DNA of 63,593 nt, filler included, from Basidiobolus ranarum (Eukaryota): the NCBI GenBank assembly GCA_040143965.1. It is 8 parts of 8 records of this genome, joined end to end, with 100 filler letters (N's around TTAATTAATTAA, not from the genome) between each part and the next. Parts side by side here need not be neighbours in the genome. Positions count along the whole stretch, not along the records: positions 7,997 to 15,882 come from JASJQH010001051.1; positions 15,983 to 23,859 come from JASJQH010001052.1; positions 23,960 to 31,834 come from JASJQH010001053.1; 5 more parts are not named here. One strand, given 5' to 3'. The notes beneath the pieces were generated by a model. That model made no database searches. It was not told the DNA's origin and saw only the letters and a program-made list of their open reading frames with translations. The position numbers and the translations under genes are program-made. Positions 11,964 to 24,359 of the stretch are shown here, piece by piece; the stretch's first letter is position 1, and every line of letters begins with the position of its first letter.

Positions 11964-13684
11964 ATGTCTCGATCTTTTTTGTACGCATTGGCCTTTTTGG
12001 CACTTATGGTGCTTACAAATGCGAAGCACCTTATAGTCTTTAAACATGGCAAAACGATAACCAAGTCTGCGACGCTAGCAAAATGGATTACTCATTTCAG
12101 CGTCCAGACCTTGCGATCGGAAAAGAGCAATAGCACCGCTGCTGACGAAGTGCCTTCCGAGATACCCATCCAATCGATTGGAAATTTCCAGTGGTCGCAT
12201 GGAGACTTCGAAGATTCCGACTTGGCAGAATTGAGGAAACTCCCCGAGATCGCTTACATTGAGCCTGACGTGCAAGTTAAAGCTTATGAAGTCCAAAATA
12301 AGCCACCGAGCTGGGTAAGTGTCCACAAGTCGTGGTAATTGGGTTTTGATTCTAACTTCCTGATCTAGGGAATTGATCGTATTGACCAACAAAAAGGAAC
12401 CGATGGGAAGTACCATTATCCCGAATCCGCTGGTGAGGGTGTCACGATTTACTCAGTGGACACGTAAGTGTTTGGCCATCATTGTCTAATCATATGTGAT
12501 TCATATGTTGATCAATGAACTTGCATCTCTCTTGTCCTTTCCTTGGCTGATTGATTTTTTTCATTCTGCAGCGGTACCAATATCGATCACGAAGAATTTG
12601 AAGGCCGCGCAACCAATGGGCCGGTGTTTAATGGAGATAATGCACCTGATGATGTCAATGGCCATGGCACTTTTGTTGCTGCTGTAGCTGTAGGAAAGAA
12701 TTTTGGAGTGGCGAAGAAAGCACATTTAGTCTCACTGAAGGCGTTGGATGCAGATGGTTATGGTTCGCTGAGCAATGTTTTACAGGCCGTGGATTGGATA
12801 GTGCAGGAGCATAAAAAAAATCCGAAACAGAAGTCAGTGATCAAGTAAGTATATTCGGTATTGTTTAACCTACGCTGCCGTTTCGAATACATTTTAATGG
12901 TGACTGCTGTTAGCTTATCCTTAGGCGCGATATACAGTCAGGTTGCCAATGATGCTATTGAAGAAGCAATTAAACTCGGTATCCATTTTTCTATCGCTGG
13001 TACGTATCTGGATGTCTTAAGTGGTACTATTATTCCTGATTTCGGTAAAGCTCATCCTCATGTCTTTCGAACCCATAGCTGGAAATGATAGTGATGACGC
13101 TTGTAACTATTCACCATCATCAGTCAAATCAGCCTTAGTAGTTGGAGCCACTACAAGTAAAGATGAGGTTACGTCATTCTCGAATACTGGACCTTGTGTG
13201 TCGATGTACGAACCTGAATTTACCTGATGCATCACTAGTACACCACCTTACTAACCCTCTGTTTAGATATGCACCAGGCGAGAGTATCAAGTCAGCATGG
13301 AAAGACGGCCCCAAATCAACTCACACACTCTCCGGTACGTCCATGGCATCACCCCATGTAAGTACTACTCGTAAACTGCCAATTGTTTAAATCGAATCTA
13401 ATGTTCTTGGGGTCATACAGGTTGCGGGTGTCATAGCATTAGTTTTAGGAGAACACAACATGGATCCGTACAGCATGGCGCAAATGATAAAGAATCAAAC
13501 AATACAACTACAGCCAAAGAAAAATGGGAAAAGTACTCTAGTTTTATCTTCGGGCAATGGACTCCCTCTACTTTATTTAAGCCCTTCAGTTACCGGTGAA
13601 GCAGACACTAGTGACGTTCAAAGATCACTGCCCTATTTGTGGAGATTTTTAGTTTTTACCTTTATACTCTGCTATTGGAACTGA
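11964..13684 (+). CDS. Proteinase K-like subtilisin (S8) with signal peptide, I9 propeptide and hydrophobic C-terminal tail; multi-exon
   Basis: YIEPD, PSWGIDRIDQ, YSVDTG (Asp), NGHGTFVA (His), AGND, SGTSMASPHVAG (Ser); GT-AG introns. Confidence 0.93.
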
Positions 13685-14713
13685 TCACCAACACTATCCA
13701 TGGTGTATTTACCCATTGGAATGCCCCCTCCACCTGTATATATGTATGGTACTCTTTAACAGATTCACTTTCCTAACAAATAATCATTATTGAAGCATTT
13801 CATTTGTAAATTAAAACTGTATGAACATGCATTTTCATCTTAGATAAGTTATTTCTCCAGTGTCTCATAAAATACAAGTTAACATTTATGTTTGATGGCA
13901 TCTCTAGAGTCATTGGATATTGTATCTAAAATTATTGAATCAAGCTGAGCCACTACTTACATAAAGCAGGTTATTAGGCAACTCGAACACCTCTCACTAA
14001 CTTAAAGAAGTTTACATCATTGCCATTGATCTCATTTCATACCAAATTCTAGGACCTGATATACATCAAGGGTCCTTGAGTGACTATAATTTCTGTACAA
14101 GAGCCAGAACAGCCACATTTGCATGCTAAGATGCCAAGTTGGACCAACGTTTTGATACAAAATACGGTGTAGATATTACATCAGGTCTAAGGGGATTTGG
14201 ACGGAGTAGCAGATCATGCCGTGTGTCTGCGTAAACGACCAACTTGGCGTCATCAACTGGCAATAAGCAGCAGAAAAGTAATACATAATGTGATGTTTAT
14301 GTACAGAAGCAGCTGTGACATTCAGTTATACACAAGCTTTAGGAGAGCCTATTGAGAGAACCACTGCAGTTAATATATAGCCCATCCAGATTATTAATCT
14401 TATTGGCCAATAGATCTAATATCAGTGGGGTTACAAAATCACGTAATAAGTGGAGCTCTGGATAGAAAATTTGATTGTTGCCACCAGGACAATAGAACAC
14501 TCCTTACCTAAAGCTGATTTCATGACAATCTTTATGCAAATCCCTATTTTAAATTTAGGTGACCTACTCGCATTCGCCACGTTTTGGGACCCAAAATGGC
14601 TACCTAGTTAGTCACGTGAAACCGGATCCGGAGTAATTTGAATCATTATTGGCTAGTAGGACTTTTAAGTAGATATACTTAAGTGAACGCTAGTTTGGAA
14701 TGTTTTACAAATC

Positions 14714-15882
14714 ATGAGAACTTGGGTTATAGCATTAGGTATCGCACTAGTGAGTACCAGTTTCGCATTAGCCGGAAAACAACTTCCTTTTTACGTGGAA
14801 AACGGTTCAAGGGAGCAAACTTTACGTTTGAAGCACGTCTTACACTTGGGCATTCAACAGGAAAATTTGTTTCGACGTTTAGATTTGGACGAGAAAGATT
14901 CGTTTGTTGTTGATTACTTAAGCGAAGATGAGGAAGTGAAGAATTTTGACATTTTGTCTATTGAACAAACTTCCGGTAATCTGAAAGCTGTTAAGAAACC
15001 ATTTGTGAGGCCAACTACTAAAAGCCAACAATGGGGTAAACTGACTGTTCCAAAAGCCGTTAAATGGGATGAAGAAGAAATATGGGTTCCAGATATGGAA
15101 GACAAAGAAACGGTTTTAACTTTGGCAAAAATGACATATAATACATACTTGGCCCCTAAAACTTCCAGTTGGTATGACTTGGGTGAAAGATGGCAAACGG
15201 TAAATCATCATAAATTGATACTTTTTGTGCTTAAAATTCAAATTAACAGTTTTCGTTGGTGAATGTCGTGGTTTTGGCTTATTTAGAATTCTTCCTTTGG
15301 TTGGGAGAAAGATGGTTTGCGTGGACATGTATTTGGAAATGAAGATAACTCAACGTTAGTTATAGCATTTAAAGGAACTACTGCTGCTTTTTTGTGGATG
15401 GGTGATGGCGAGACCTCTACTCAAGATAAACTCAATGTAGTTGTTTCTTATCTTGACTAGCAACCGTTTTACCTATATCTTACTCAATGCTTTCATTAGG
15501 ATAACCTACTATTCTCTTGCTGTTGTGGTCGTGTAGATCCCACTTGGACTCCTGTTTGTGGATGCTTTACAGGCTCCAACACATGCAATCAAACATGCGT
15601 GGAGGAAAGTTTAAGTGGAAGAAGTCTATATTATCAAGCTGCTATGGTTCGATTTTCAAGTTTTACTTTGTCTTTTTCACACACAAAGTAACCTGATATG
15701 CTATTTAAATATTCAGAAATTGTTTTACGAAGTAACTGACATGTATCCTGCGTCAGAAATCTGGTTTACCGGGCATTCCCTTGGAGGATCGGTTGGTGCA
15801 TTGATAGGACTGACTTTTGGTATACCCACTGTTACCTTTGAAGCACCTGGTGAATTGATGGCAGCCAAACGTTTACATTTGC
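14714..15882 (+). CDS. ATG15: Atg15-like class 3 lipase, 5' part (truncated)
   Basis: [52 protein letters not shown] and FEAPGE motifs across exons. Confidence 0.85.
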
Positions 15883-15982
15883 NNNNNNNNNNNNNNNNNN
15901 NNNNNNNNNNNNNNNNNNNNNNNNNNTTAATTAATTAANNNNNNNNNNNNNNNNNNNNNNNNNNNNNNNNNNNNNNNNNNNN

Positions 15983-16679
15983 GATGCATACAAAGCTACC
16001 TCGGCTGGCAAATTCCCTGAAGCGATCGAGCTCTTCCGCTCACTCTTGCATTCTCTTGCCTTTGTAGTCGTGTCTGAGCCATCCGAGGCTGAGGAAATCA
16101 AGAAAATGATTGGTTTTTGCCGTGAATATCTGCTTGGACTTTCTATGGAGAAGGCAAGACGTGAACTCTCTATGGAGGAGCCAGAGAATGTCAAACGTGC
16201 CTTGGAACTCGCCGCGTACTTCACTCATTGCGAGTTGGAACCTATCCACTCACAGCTCAGTTTAAGATCGGCCATGACGTTAAGTTTCAAAACCAAGAAT
16301 TGCCTCTCAGCATCCATGTTTGCCCGTCGCCTTCTAGAGCTCGCACCACCACCTCAAATTGCCTCTCAGGTTTGATTTTCCATATTCTTATATTTTTGGT
16401 AGGTTAGGAACTAACCAGGTATTATCCACCACACCTTAGGCTCGTAAAGTTCAAACAATTAGTGACCAAACATCTCGCGATGAGATTCCTATTGAATACG
16501 ATCAATACAACCCCTTCACTGTTTGCGCCCATTCTTTCACTCCAATTTATCAGAATAATCCAGTTGCACAATGTCCATACTGCCACGCCTCGTATAAGCC
16601 TGAGTACAACGGTAAATTATGTACTGTCTGTGACATTTCCCAAATTGGTGCTTCCGCCATTGGTTTGAAAGTGATTTAA
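15983..16679 (+). CDS. COPA: Coatomer subunit alpha, C-terminal fragment
   Basis: CREYLLGLSME...LELAAYFTHCEL...FARRLLEL; intron 16370-16439; terminal YDQYNPFTVC...CPYC...CTVC..QIG motif. Confidence 0.95.
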
Positions 16680-17336
16680 GTACTATTATGATGGCGATGT
16701 TTAAGATATTTGACATCTTTCAGTCCACGTTTTATTATAAAAGAGGATTCCCCCTCTTATCGTTGTTTATCGAAGTTCAATTCAGCCCCCCCCTTACTTC
16801 TTACCTCCATACTTTCTCCTCTATAAAATAAAAAATATGGCCACTTGGTTATTGGAACACGTTGAATAATCCCTTCGCACAGCTCGTTCCTGTGATGTAT
16901 ATTCAATGCGAGCAACTATTTGATTCTCAATGGCATAAGCATACTTCACAAACACTAACTAGCCCTCTCGGCTCAATGCCGACACAGACGAATCCTTGGC
17001 TTAAAAAGTATCCTACGAATGGTGGTCATCACATAACACTTATCTATGGTAGAGTAAAAGATGAAACAGAATATTTATTTACAAGATTTTTGAAGGCAAA
17101 GCAACGGAGGGGGCTATTTAGTAAGTGAGAAAAGAACTCAGGCAACTACAGAAACCGAACTGACGAACGTAGTGAGAATAGGTTTCGGTAGATTCAAATG
17201 CATCGAAAATAGGGAGATTCCGGAAGCTTTTTACAAGAAACATGAAATGTAAGTCCCTCAATTTCCGACTCCTCCACATATATCTGTTCCTTTCCTGAGA
17301 TTCTATGACAAGAATTTTAAAAACCAAACGAACCCC

Positions 17337-20300
17337 TTAATTCTCTATTAAGTTAGAATTCCCTTTAACTATCTTGGCGAGTATGTTCTCACTCAATCCA
17401 GCATAAATTAGTTCCTTCGGAGAAACGATCGGACCCTTTGACTTGACATAATCGACAATCTGAAATCAATCATCAGATTCAATATGGAAAACAACACTGG
17501 GCAGATGAAAGAAAAAATCATACCTGACGAGCCCGCTTCTCACCAACCTCTTTCAGGGTTTTTATTAAGCGTAATTTACCACTGTTGACAATGGCCAGTA
17601 TTTCTTTCTCAACATTGGTCAGCTTCTTTTGGACTTCACCCTCATAATCATAGTCACCATCATCATCATCGTCATTCTTGTCCTCATCCGCATCCTTTAT
17701 ATCTTCGTCCATGGGTAAGGTGGAGTTAACAAGCTTTGAACTCTCGAATATCCGTCTTGTAGTGGTCGAAGTACTTCGCGGATAATCAGGATCGCTTACA
17801 ATCGTCTGAATCCCCGATATACGCTTTCGAAGTTTGTCATTATTTGGAACAAAAACAGCAGCTAAACGTAGTAAAACCGAGTAAGAAGGTTGCCTGTTGA
17901 AAAATAACCCCTATAAACACGACCAACTAGATTACCTTTCTCGAAGCATCTCAAGGCTGATTCAAGTTCCCCTTGTTGTTGTAACGATTTGCCGCGCATG
18001 ATGTAAGCTTTAGCATTCTTCGTTTTGGTGCATGGTGTCAGTAAATCGGCAATTTCCATAGCTTCGGAGTTCCCAATTCTGTTAAGAGAATGTTCGACCT
18101 GAATTAATCGATGTGATAGATGTGTGTATGAAAAAATTATGGGATTTACGTCGAGTTAGCCTGTGGATTCTTCTTTAACTGGGCCGTAGAGCTAAGGAAA
18201 TGAAATTGAAATCGGTGAGTTGAATTGAAAATAGCCACTAAATATTCTCAGATATCCACCTGAACTGTGATGTTCCAGATAACTCCTTCATCTTTTGCTC
18301 CAGTATTTTTTGTACCTTTTGCTCAAGATCTTGGTCAGTGATCTTCTTGTTCTTAGCGATCTCCGTCGTTTTAATCACACTATTACTTGGACAAATGGCT
18401 TTGGCGACCTTCTTGAATGATCCTGATGCTGGAGTCGGATCTGAGAGAGTATCACTCAGTCGCTGTCGTTTGATTGGCCCATTGGCTGTGGTAGAAACGT
18501 GGGAAATCGGGGCTACAACTCTCTGAGCCTTTCCCAGACTTGGAAGTGCCACCGGTTTAACAAACTTGGGTTGATCTAATACGATGAGGTCAGACGGGAT
18601 TTTACAAGGGGTCACTAAAGCTGACGAGCTTACCAGTCACTTCATTCACCGTTGCTTTGTTGACGATCTCCTTGGACTTCGTAGCAAAATTGAGAGTGCT
18701 AGATTGGCATGGAATATTGTTCTCAGTAAATTTCATCTTTCTGGGGACCACGTATCACAAACAATCTTACTTATGTGTTTCTAAATAAAATTTCTGCAGG
18801 GGATGATGAGGCTCTGGTCAGTCTACATAAACAAGAGAGTACTCAAGGAAATAGGCCCCTACCTGCCCGGGAGCAACATTCACTATCATCATGGCTAGGC
18901 TTCTACCACCAAGAGAATCCTGCAGAATCCTGGTCATCTTAGAATCACGGTACGGAATCCTCGTCTGAGTAGAAATTCGATCACTGGTTATTACTTGCAA
19001 ACTTTCCATACTGATAAGAGCCAACACCACTTACCGCGCCAGCATTGAGTGCCTCCACAACTTGACCTAATACGAAGAGGGACTTATTGATGGCTGCACT
19101 TTCAGCCATACGATCTTTTCCGTTCCCAGTTCTTCGATTGTCTTCAGATCCAGCCAAATCAATCAAATGAGCCTTCCCAGTGATGGTTTTTTGCTTTTCC
19201 TCGTCTCGCCACTGTACCTTATTCAATAGTACCAGATTAATCACACAACCTAGACAATGCTACTTGAGAAAACCTACTTGGAGTGACAGAATTGCATGTG
19301 ATCTACTTGAGGCAAGATTTAACTTCGTGCTGGCCGTTGATCGGCTTTTACAAGCAGTGCTAAATATACTATGAGTAAGAAATCACAAACACTGCTGGTG
19401 ATCGAGGCTTGACACTGCAAAATATGAACCATTACTTACGCATAGATCTTCTCGAATTGATCGTATGAAGTCAGAGTTTTCTATGTTATCCAAGTATGTT
19501 AATAACTGATCCAGAGACGCGATAGAGCCATGAATACACGTACCTCTGACAAATTGGCTACAAATATATTTCGATTAGAATCCTCACGAATAGACAAACC
19601 AACGTTCTAAATATTCCAATTCCCAAAATCAGTATGAGGACTGCTGGTAAATTAAAATGGATTGCTTGAGATGTACCGATTCCCGTGGCACAAGTAGATC
19701 GTAGACATTTTCTTTATAAATCTCCATATAAGAGATTTTGATGTCTAATCCTGGACGTTTCTTTTTCTCTTTAAAAACCAATTGAAGTGTGCGTGGAATG
19801 ATGCCTGGTTCTTTGTCGCTCCCTTGAATTGTATGGGTTTTGCCTATGGATTGAAGTGGAGAAGATTACTTAAATGGAGCATTGGTTGTCACTTGGTAGT
19901 TTTCAACGAATTTTACCTGCACCAGTCACACCGTAGCAAAAAACGGTAGTATTCTAGACGTGAGGTATAAAGAAATGTTAACATCACTGTATTTCTAATG
20001 TTAAAATATCGCGAGACCCAAACATACAAGTCCCTTGAATATATTTTGTACTAGTGGCTTCACGTCTTTATCAAAAATCGAGCGCTGTTTCCCCTCAGGT
20101 CCATAGCATGAGTCAAAGCTAAATAACACAATAAAGTTAATGACGTATGAATCTAACCGTGGAGTACGAGTTAGTACCTGTATTTCAGATTCTCGCTTTT
20201 GTTTCGTTGATTTACAATTACTACGGAGTTCTCTTCCACCGTAACCGACTCGTCCGATTCTTCGTGTGGTAGAAAAGGACGCACTCTGCATACGACTCTA

Positions 20301-20365
20301 ACTTTATACTCCTTGGTCTTTTCTGTACCGTTGCTCAGTCGCTTAGGGCCTCCGTGTAATACCAT
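17337..20365 (-). CDS. KIF22: Kinesin-10 (KIF22/Kid-like): N-terminal motor, TPR-like segment, C-terminal helix-hairpin-helix; many introns
   Basis: [59 protein letters not shown]-terminal IVNSG...[12 protein letters not shown] HhH region. Confidence 0.85.
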
Positions 20366-21378
20366 TTCTTTTCTTCTCAGTAGTGTACAATTATTACGCA
20401 AATAGGTAAACTTGATAGCCAAAAGAAATCCGCCCAAGATTCAAGTGGAGTTTTTAAATTGTTGATATGGATTTAAAGAGGTGAGTAAGAAATGGACTTG
20501 AATTCACTGTGTTATCAATACAAAGTAGAAGCCCTCACCGTTTGGCTAAAAACTACAGGCTATCCTATAACCTACATCTGTCATTTACCAATGTTTGTTT
20601 ACACTTCACTCACAAATCAAATATTCAATTGGTCCATATGCAAATACGGGGAGTGTGATTTATTCCAGTAATTAACCAACTTTCAGGATCTACTTCTTCA
20701 TCTTGAATTATGCAGAAGTCAACCACTAATCATCGTTTGTGACCATTATCCTCTGGTTTGTCTAGATCCAAACATCAACAAAACTGAGAATCCCATTGGA
20801 ATATTTTCCGGAATAAAGTAAACCGGAAGATAGTGAATCGAGTTGGAATTTCATTGGACCGATTGAATACAAAGGAGATGCGAGAGAAGTAGAAGCGAGT
20901 TTCCGTAAATGACCGAGAATTATCCAAAAAGAAAAGCATCATGGATCAATGAATATTTTCGTCAAGTTCAAGTACCCAAATTGCCGTCTTGGATCACTTT
21001 CTCCCCAGAAGATAGTCACAAATCTGGCCACTGTTTGCATAGCAATTAAACATTGGAATCTCTTCTAGATGAATGTAACACCACCAATCAGCTCCAGCAT
21101 GATCTTGAGTGCAACCAAACCATCAACCTTGAGACATACATCTTTATGGAATGACATGCATCTGTCTCAACCTTGGAAACTAAATTGGGTGTGACCCAAA
21201 AGTGGAACAAGGGGATCTTTGTCCCCAACCTCTAAAGTCAAATTAGTACTTGTTTCCTTCCAAAGACCTCCATTTGGGCGACTCCTGGTATGCGGGTTCC
21301 AGACTACAAAAATGACGTCTACACACGCCATCTGATGCCAGACTAGGAAGAAGCATATGCGTCGTATTTAAACTTTCT

Positions 21379-21728
21379 CTAGCGCTCAGTAGCGTCAAGA
21401 AGCGACTGCAGATAATGTTGTTGTTCCTGGTCATTTCGTGAGCACTTAATCTAACAAACTACTGAGGCCGAAAAAATGAAGTGGTTAATATCTGAGCCGG
21501 TTTGATGATACAAATAGCTTCTCCACCTATGGGGGTTAGAACCAAAGTTACTAACCCTTTTACGTACATTTTCCAATGCAGCCTCCAACGCTTTGTGGTG
21601 GTCAGACAATGCTGTGAGGTGAGAGAATATGTACTATACCATTTCCAAATCTGAATCCTCAGCTTGCCCTGGGAAAGTTCAATCGGGCTGCTGGCGGGTG
21701 AGGTATCGATGGCGTTGATTGGCTGCAT
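21379..21728 (-). CDS. Possible small spliced gene (~62 aa, helical) divergent from Virilizer
   Basis: Can be assembled with one GC-AG and one GT-AG intron (MQPINAIDTS...ALSDHHKALEAALENVRKRIKC...LLDATER*); no recognised family and alternative splice models are possible. Confidence 0.25.
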
Positions 21729-22034
21729 CCTAAGGCTCCATGGAATATTTATATTGTTAGAATTAAGAGACCATTTAGCGATGTTTCATTGATTGTTTGT
21801 TTCATTATTTGGATTAAAAAGATCGAACTTTCAGGATATATTCGAATTATAGCCAAAAACGAACTGATCTGGTATATTTCCGGTGAAAATTGATTGGAGA
21901 AAAGATTTATCGTAAAGTTCGTTCGTGGTAGTACACCACCTAGAGTCTTGAGATTTTATAAGTGACGGCGAGTTGTTAAAAACAACTGCCGAGTATTGCT
22001 CTTCTATACCTAGCCAACTTTGACCAACTAGATT

Positions 22035-23859
22035 ATGGGAAATAAAACTTTAATCTATTTCAACACTTTGAAGCCACCCAAATGTCACAGCAGCGACGAT
22101 ACCGATTTTACCCACTGTATAAGATTTCGAAAAAATGTAGTATTATCGAACCTGGTGATCATTCCGCGGGATACCTCTCCATTTCCCAACTCTCCTCTAG
22201 TCGAGCGTAAAGGGTATGTACACAAACCTACTGGGTCAGTCTTTTCAAACTACACTTAGACACGTATCCTCACATGAGCGCGTTTAATTGTAGACAGGTG
22301 GTTCTTTTTCTAACTTATTGCCATGTCAATCCAGCCTCACTTTGCCCTCCAAGTTCACTTTTCAAGTATTGATACATAAGAGAGACATGCTCAAGAAGGA
22401 CTATTCGAATACGCGTAGACAGTACTCTCATAACGGTGATACGTCCTGCATACAACCACTTGACACTTTTGATATCGAATATGATCGGGATTCTGGGATC
22501 CAAGGATGCCAATTCAACTATCAACAAAAGGTATTCATCATATCTACTACTCTTGTCTTTACCCACTGTTAGCTTTTATTGTCTCTCATTCGTATTCATA
22601 GATTGCCACGCGTTTTTTGTTGGTTAGAGGGGGATTTGAGGCCCTCACACTGTGTTTATATGGTTACGTTCTAGATGATTTCCTCCCAAGGATTAATAGT
22701 TTTAGTGTATATAATAGGGTAATTATAATGGCGAAATCGGGTTGAAAGATTCCTGACACAGATGCCTAATCGATGTCATTTGTATAGAGGGATGAATCCG
22801 AGACTGGGGCAGAGACTGAGAGTAAAGGGGACTGTAGGGAAATTTTGACACCCTTCTCCTAGCTTAATTTAACTAACATGTTTTACTTGTCTGGATTAGT
22901 AGACGAAGAGATGTATTTGGAACCAATCTATAGCTGTCATAATTCCAAATTCCGAGTGAGCAAGTTGAATGAAGTTCGGGATCTACACAAAGAAATTCAG
23001 AGCTTAACAGACTCACTTCGTGACGACGATTTAATTGATCCACTACTCAATGGCACTCTAAACCGCCTTTTGAATGATTACTCCTATATCTCACAGAGTC
23101 AGACTCAATCCGTGAGTTCATTGAATTTTGTTACTATTATGCCAGGTTGAGCGCAAATCTAATGTCTTATAATATTTAGCAACCCACGTCTCAGGGATTA
23201 TTTAAATCGACACCTCAATCGATGATAGGCCTACATTGCCAAAAGGCATGGGTAGAGTTGAAGCAACAAATTTGTGAAGTCGAGGAAATTGCTAAAAAGC
23301 GAGTAGATCTCTCGGTCAACAGCAGTGAGCAGCTCCGAAGTCTTCAACAATTACTACATCGAATCAACCAATTGCTTGTAGACGCATTGACATTCGTGAG
23401 AAGCAACCGAGTCCCATATGAAGGTAAGGAATTGGATCGTTCTATTGTAAGTCCCGACCTTCTAACAGGGTGTATTTATTTTCAAGATGACCTTAAGAAG
23501 TTAATGAGAGTGATGTGCAAGTCAATGAGCATCACTTTGGGCTTGGTAAGTGATGATTCTATTTAAATGGATATATAATGTGGTGCTGATCATCTTCTCA
23601 GTTTTCTTTGGCGGTGTTCAGAAGTTGCCTGAGCTTAGTATGCACGTTGTGTTCGTGTGGAGATGATATATCAAAGTTAGTCCTTGTAAGTTGATAGTTT
23701 ATGGAGGAGGTTGGTTTGTTGTCATTGATTTATTGATCGGCGTTCTATTTCTAGGATTACGATTTAGTCCACGCTTTATTTTTCCCGTTGCATTCCGCGA
23801 ATTCTAGTACCAATCTTAAGATTCAGATTCTTGAAGCTGCCACCGTATGCATTTATGAC
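22035..23859 (+). CDS. VIRMA: Virilizer/VIRMA (KIAA1429) homologue, N-terminal VIR_N domain; m6A writer accessory subunit (truncated)
   Basis: Spliced translation LIYFNTLK...CIRFRKNVVLSNLVIIP...GLTLPSKFTFQV...IEYD...IATRFLLVRGGFEALTLCLYG parallels the recalled VIR_N pattern LLFLDTFK...VVRFP.VV.I.EVRVIP...GETSPHTFQL...LEYD...VNTDGLVLRGWYNCLTLAIYG. Confidence 0.75.
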
Positions 23860-24359
23860 NNNNNNNNNNNNNNNNNNNNNNNNNNNNNNNNNNNNNNNNN
23901 NNNTTAATTAATTAANNNNNNNNNNNNNNNNNNNNNNNNNNNNNNNNNNNNNNNNNNNNTAATATAATTGTGGGCTTTGATGGAGATATTGATACAAACT
24001 TGTGCTGGGTATGAGCCAAACCTTGGGTATGAAGAACTCTATTAAAATATTCAGGAGAATATATCAAAGAAACCAGGGAGTTCAAAGGTGACTAATTAGC
24101 ATTCAAGTGGTAATGGTGTAAATTTGAGTTACGTTTTTTGCACATGTGTTGATCCATAGTTCTCTGAGATTGTAGCCAATCATGTGCAACAATTTTGCAA
24201 AATCTTGAAATTTCACTCCTGACACTGGAAAAATTGATTAAAATCAAATCTAACTTGACAACTTTATGGTGGTAAGTAGATGGTCAATCCCAAATCAATT
24301 AAAATTGTGATGGTTTTCCTTCAATAACAATCCTTTAATTTCTGCTAGGGTTTGGGCAA

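Noticed and set aside
20996-21125. Minus-strand peptide WFGCTQDHAGADWWCY resembling an FN2 fragment
   Set aside because: An in-frame stop lies just upstream, I found no convincing splice model, and it lacks the terminal WGxC.
21966-21991. Small hairpin CGGC-G-AGTTGTT-AAA-AACAACT-GCCG upstream of VIRMA, and a 12-bp inverted repeat at 46664-46708
   Set aside because: Short, single-copy and compatible with chance in 63 kb; no supporting context.
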